Shown one piece after another: positions 57,051 to 64,000 of a stretch of DNA of 64,000 nucleotides. The translations under genes and the position numbers were made by a program. Below the pieces are notes generated by a model. It was given only the letters and a program-made list of their open reading frames with translations, was not told the DNA's origin and did no database searches. Source of the DNA: the human T2T-CHM13v2.0 reference genome, Homo sapiens. Within the stretch, counting starts at the first letter, position 1, and the number at the start of each line of letters is the position of its first letter. The stretch lies in assembly GCF_009914755.1 (NCBI RefSeq), contig NC_060940.1, one strand, 5' to 3'.

Positions 57051-57613
57051 GTTTGGGCCACTAGTCAGGGGGAAGGATGCTGAGCGACATGGACTTTAGA
57101 GGTGGGGCCCCCGCTGGACGGGATGGGTCTGGGCTCTCGAGCTTACCCCCACCCTTTCCTCCCAAACCCGTTAGAGCGTAGGAATCATTGGGAGCACCTG
57201 ATAAAAATGCCACGGATTGTGGCTCACCTAAGCAGGGAAGCCGATTTGGAACTTAAACAAGCTCCCAAGTTGTGATCAGTCGAGCTTGGCAAGCACTGTT
57301 TGAGAGAGTAGGCTTCCCGCAAGCAGGAGCCGGTTTTGTGTATACCTCACCATGGCATCTTGGTACCTGGCATGGTGCCTGGCACATGGTAGATGATCAG
57401 AAAATATCTGTAGAAAGTCTAAATTATTAGGGAGAGTGCAGCATAGGAGTTCTTGAGACATTTTCAGGAGCTTCTTGAGATTAATATCTGTCAGATTTGT
57501 TTTACAGTATATTTTTCTCAGCTCCCAACTTTTGTGATTGTTTTTAATGCCATGTTTTCAGTATGTTCTAGGCAAAAGCAGGGTATATGTTGCTTAGTAT
57601 ACACTATCGACTA

Positions 57614-59468
<1,855 letters not shown>

Positions 59469-59659
59469 TTTTTTTTATTTCTAATAAAAAAGTTAATAGA
59501 GTTTCTTGTTTCACTGGACAAAATATGCATATATAGGAAGGAAGGACTTTTGGACTTGAGATTGTGCTGAAGAAGAAAAATGGAAAAATTAAGCATTTTA
59601 GTCTCAGTGTGTTATTTTTGTAGCTTATACAGATATGTCTTTTTAAAGTGTCTTTAAAA

Positions 59660-60230
59660 AGCTTTATTGAGATAAAGATAAATGAGATAAATGCACCTAC
59701 CATGAAATCAACCCCTTGAGTGCAGAATTTTGTGGTTTATAATATGTTCACAGAATCGCACAAACAAGACAGGTATCTAGATACTTTCAGACCATTTTCA
59801 TCAGTCCACAAGAAATCCCATACCCATTAGCAGTCATCCTTATTCCCTTTTCCCCTAGTCCCTGGCAATAACTAGCTTACTTTCTGTCTCTGAGTTTAGC
59901 TGTTCTGGAGGTTTCACAGAATGAAATCTTACTACATATGGTCTTTTGTGATTGACTTATTTCACTTGGCACAGTGTTTTCAAGGTTTATCCATGCTGTA
60001 GCGTATATCAGCACTTCACTCTTTTCTAATGCTGAGTAATCTTTTGAATGGATATACCATATTTTATCAGTTCCTCTATTGATAGGCACTTGAGTTTTTT
60101 TTCCAATTTTTGGCTATTATGCACAATGCTGCTGTGAACATTTGTGTACAAATTTTAGTGTGGATGTATATTTTCATTTCCCTTGGGTATATCCCTAAGG
60201 AATACACTATCCGGGTCATGTGATAATTGT
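59660..60230 (-). mobile_element. Old L1M 3' end
   Basis: Minus ORFs 59877-60089 and 60076-60258 resemble L1MB/MC terminal sequence (LGIYPREMKIYIHTKICT). Confidence 0.8.
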
Positions 60231-60519
60231 TTGAGACTACAGGCACGTGCCACCACACCTGGCAAATATTTAAAATTTTTTTGTAGATAAAGGGTCTCGC
60301 TATTTTGCCCAGGCTGATCTTGAACTCCTGGCCTCAAGAGATCCTCTCACCTCAGCCTCCCAGAAAGTGTTAGCATTACAGATGTGAGTCACTGCACCTA
60401 TAAAAGGGGCTCATACCTCTTTTTATGTATTTTTTTTTTTGAGACAGGCTTTCACTCTGTTGCCCAGGCTGGAGTGCAGTGGTGGGATCACAGCCCACTG
60501 CAGCCTGGACCTCTCTCCA

Positions 60520-61712
60520 TATGATTCTAGCTTTGGGTGTCTTTCCTGTAGTTTCTATTATGTTGTGGTATGTTTCTTCTGTACCCGTTTATTTGAGGAT
60601 TAATAGCATGAAGGGATATTGAATTTCATCAAATGCTTTTTCAGTTTCAGTTGACATGATCATACTGTTTTTGTCGTTTATTTGGTTGATATGATGTATC
60701 ACATTGTATGTTGAGTGACCCTTGCATCCCAGGGATACATCCCACTTGATCATGATGAATTATCTTTTTAATGTTTTACTGAATTTGATTCACTGGTATT
60801 TCGTTGAGGATTTTTGCATCAATATTCGAGATACTGGCCTGTAGTTTCCTTCTTTGATGCCTTTGTCTGATTTTGGTATCACAGTAATAATGGTCTCATA
60901 GAACAAGTTTGGAAGTATTCCCTCCTGTTTTTCAAAATAGTTTGAGTAGGATTTGTACTAGGTCATTAAATTGTTTGGTGTGAAGCCATCAGCAGTGAAG
61001 ACATCAGTTCCTGGGCTTTTCTTTACTGGGAGACTTTTTCTGATGGCTTCAATCTCATTACTTGTTACCAATCTGTTCTGGTCTTGGATGTTTTCATTGT
61101 TCAACCTAAGTAGGTTGTATGCATCTAGGAATTTGCCAATTTCTACTAGGCTTTCCAATTTATTGGCATATAATAGCCAGTTATGATCCTTTGAATTTCT
61201 GAAGTATTAGTTATAATGTCTGCCTTTTTTAATCTGTTGATTTTATTTATTTGAATCTTGTCTCTTTTTTCTTAGTTAGCCTGGTTAAAAGTTTGTCAAT
61301 TTTGTTTTGCTTTCCAGAAAACCAACTTTTCATTTCATCTTGTGTGTTTTTTCTTTCAATTTTATTTCTGCTATGATCTTATTTATTTTTCTTATTTTTG
61401 GTTTAGTTTGTTCTTACTTTACTAGTTATTTAAGATGTATTGTTTATTTGAAGTTTTTCTTTTGTTTGGATGGTAGGCACTTATAGCTGTAAATCTCTGC
61501 CTTTGTACTGCTTTCTGCATAACAAGTTTTGGTATACTGTGTTTTCGTTACCCTTTGTTTCATGAAATTTTTGAATTTCTGTCTTAGTATCTTCATTGAC
61601 CCGCTAGTCATTTATTCAGGTGGGTAGTGTTTAACTTCCATGTGATTGTATTGTTTCCAAAATTACTCTTCTTATTGATATCTAGTTTTATTCCTTTGTA
61701 GTCAAAGAAGAT
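60520..61712 (-). mobile_element. L1 ORF2 fragment, truncated at a junction
   Basis: Minus ORF 60958-61158 (EIGKFLDAYNLLRLN..KKSPGTDVFT). Confidence 0.85.
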
Positions 61713-62990
61713 GGCCACGGAGATAGCAGCGTGGTCAGAGTGGTGGGAGCTGGTCATCGGCGAGAGCTGCTCCATGTCTGGCTGCTGAGTGCTAGAGCCT
61801 GTGGCCCACTGGCTTGCCTCACTATGGTTGGTGGTGGCGGTGACAGAGACTGCAGCACGACCAGAGTGGTAGGACAGGGGCTATCCAGGGCTGCACCTTT
61901 CACAGTGTGGGGTGGGTTGGGGGTGCTATCCAGGGTGTCATTGCCTGCATTAGGGGTACTGGTTGGTAGCACTGTACAGGGCTGCACTTCCCGTGGCAGG
62001 GAGGGTGGGTTATGGGCACTTTCTGGGGCTGCAATGCCCATGGAGGAGGACAGGTTAGGGCACTATCAGGTATACGCTACTGGCGGCATTGGGGGATGGA
62101 GGTGGGGGGCGCTATTGAGGGCAGGACTAGCCGTGGAGTGGGGGCGAGTTCAGTGCTATCAGGGGCTGCACTGCTGGCAGTGGTCAGCAGAGTTGGCATC
62201 CAAGGAAGGAGTGGTTCTCCTCTCCCTGACTCCACACTCCAGAGGGCGACCCACTCTTGGTCATACTGGAATGCGGCAGGCACGCAGCATTTGCGTGGGA
62301 ATCCTGAGCACGGCAGAGCCCCCACACCCACCATGGTTCCTGGGCCTGTGCACTCTGGGTCTGTGCCTCAGAGGCTGCCAGGCACCCCTGGGGACACCAC
62401 GGGGGACAGGGCCCTGTGTGTGGAGGCGTCTGGAACAGGAATTGGCACCTGGGTGCAGAGGGCTGGCTGGGTCTGAATTTTTCTGCTTCTCCTGCTCCCC
62501 GAGGAGTGCAGCCCCGGTGGGCCCAATGGTTCCTGTGGAGTGGGGAGCTGGGTGCTGTGGTGTCTCCAGCACCCTCCCCAGACCCCAGTTCCTGGCCAGC
62601 TTGGGCCAAAAGGAGAGGCTGGACTTTGGAGGGTGGGTGTGAGTGCCTTTGCTGAAACTGGCCCCTGCCACCCAGTGGCCAGCATGACAAGTTGAGGCTC
62701 TAACCCTTCCACCCCTCACATCTTCCTCTAGGCTTTTCTGGCTTTGCCCACCCAGCTGCTCCATGCCAGGAGGAGGAGGAGACACCTAGAGCCTGCGACA
62801 CCACGACTTGCCTCACTGCGGGTGGGTGGCAGCGACAGAGACTGCAGTGCGCCAGAGCGGTAGGAGAGCGGCCGCGCTAGGAGGGCAGGCGGCTGCAGCC
62901 AGGGTTGGGGGTCAGGCTTACAGCGATGGACGGGCTGCAGCAGTGGCCAGGTGGTAGGAGCCTTGTAGGGAAGGCTGGTGCATTGGCAAT
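61713..62990. repeat. GC/TG-rich degenerate repeat block
   Basis: ~110-bp direct repeat (61765-61874 vs 62754-62865) and recurring 'gc(t/a)ctatc..gggctgcac' units at 61875-62180. Confidence 0.7.
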
Positions 62991-64000
62991 GGGCCTGGCT
63001 TTGCCCTGCATTGCCCTGTACCTGCCCTACTGTTACATGGACTGTCTCGGCCCTGTCCTGCTCTGGTCCCATCCTGACCCTGTCTTGGCCCTGTGCTACC
63101 CTGTCCCTGCCCTGGTCTTGCCCTGGCACTGGCCCTGCCCTGAACCGGCACTGGCCCTGCCCTGAACCTGCACTGGCCTGACCTTGGCTCTGGCCCTGGC
63201 TCTGGCCCTACCCCTTGTCCTGACCCTGGTCATGTCATGGCACTGGCCCTGCCAGTGGTCATGGTCCTACTCCTGTTCTGGCCCTGACCTGGCCTTGGAC
63301 ATGTCCTGGTCTTGCTTTGGCCCATCCCTGCCCTGGCCCTACCATGGGCCTGCCTTTTCTGCCTTCTCCTGGCACTGACCTTGCCCTGTCATGGCCCAGT
63401 GGTGCCATTGCCCTGCTTTACCCTGCACTGGTTGTACCTCGGCCCCGCTTGGTGCTGGCCACTCCCTGGACCTGCCCAGACCCTGCCTCGACTTTTGCCC
63501 TGCCCTCACTACAGCCTGGCCCTGGCCCTAGCCCTGGTCCTGCCATACCCCTGGCCCTGCCCTTATCCAGGCCCTGCCCCTGCTGCTGCCCTGGCCCTGG
63601 CCTGGAACCTGGTCCTGTCAAGGACCTGCCCTGACTCTGCCATGGCCCTGGCCCTGCTCTGCCTTGTTCCTGGCCCTGACCCTCTCCTGGCTCTGCACTG
63701 GCCTTTCCCTGGCCCTGAGCTGGCAGTGGTCTGCCCCTGGTCTGGCCATCACCCTGCCCTGCTGTGCTCTGGATGTGTCATCACCCTGCCCTGGCCCTAC
63801 TCTGCCTTTGACCCTGCCCTGGCCTTACCTTGGCCCTCACCCTAGTCTTCGCTAGGCCCTGCTCTGGAGCTGGCCCTAGCACAGACCTGGCCCTGACCCT
63901 GGCCCTGGTCTTTGTCCTGCCATAGCCCTGGCCCTGAAGTGGACTTGGAGGTGTCCTGGCCCCGGCGTAACATGGCTCTGCATTGGCCTGTCCCTGCCCT
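62990..64000 (-). repeat. CAGGG (CCCTG/GGCCCT) degenerate pentamer/hexamer array
   Basis: Dense 'ccctg', 'gccct' and 'tggccct' units to the window end. The reverse complement is CAGGG. Confidence 0.88.

Noticed and set aside
55876-57061. Many Arg/Gly/Pro-rich ORFs
   Set aside because: Expected stop-codon scarcity in a CpG island. Only the TTC28 exon has recognisable homology.
61731-63855. 303-aa ORF and Pro/Leu/Trp-rich ORFs
   Set aside because: They come from GC-rich repeats and the CCCTG array, are open in many frames on both strands, and show no recognisable domain.

Overview
This is repeat-dense primate, very probably human, genomic DNA. It carries an Alu with all six AluYg6 diagnostic bases and contains no intact protein-coding gene. 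It reads as a mosaic pericentromeric-type segmental duplication in three parts. (1) An SLC9B1 (NHA1/NHEDC1) gene fragment on the minus strand, with three consecutive in-frame exons at 16830-16660, 14182-14040 and 12930-12803, and a processed ACTR3B pseudogene at ~24700-26615 upstream of them. (2) A CHEK2 fragment holding only the last three exons (41545-41629, 46940-47020, 48170-48400), followed ~8 kb later by the CpG island and a disabled first exon of TTC28 (56425-56528), the same order as the parent 22q12 locus. (3) An abrupt switch at ~61712 into GC-rich degenerate repeats and a CAGGG/CCCTG pentamer array that runs to the window end. The rest is L1, Alu, MaLR LTR, Tigger-type and simple-repeat DNA, and most ORFs in the track derive from these. 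I found no convincing new biological system. The most interesting signals are a fossil ACTR3B splice form with a 128-nt GT..AG insert, a probable L1 3' transduction, a 111-bp locally templated insertion, an antisense internal L1 fragment without tail or TSD, CHEK2 paralog bases that mimic clinical variants, and a possible L1-antisense-promoter route into the intact SLC9B1 exons. Gene identities, c. numbering and repeat subfamilies rest on recalled reference sequences, not on a search. Repeat coordinates are approximate, and I cannot tell which chromosomal paralog this is.
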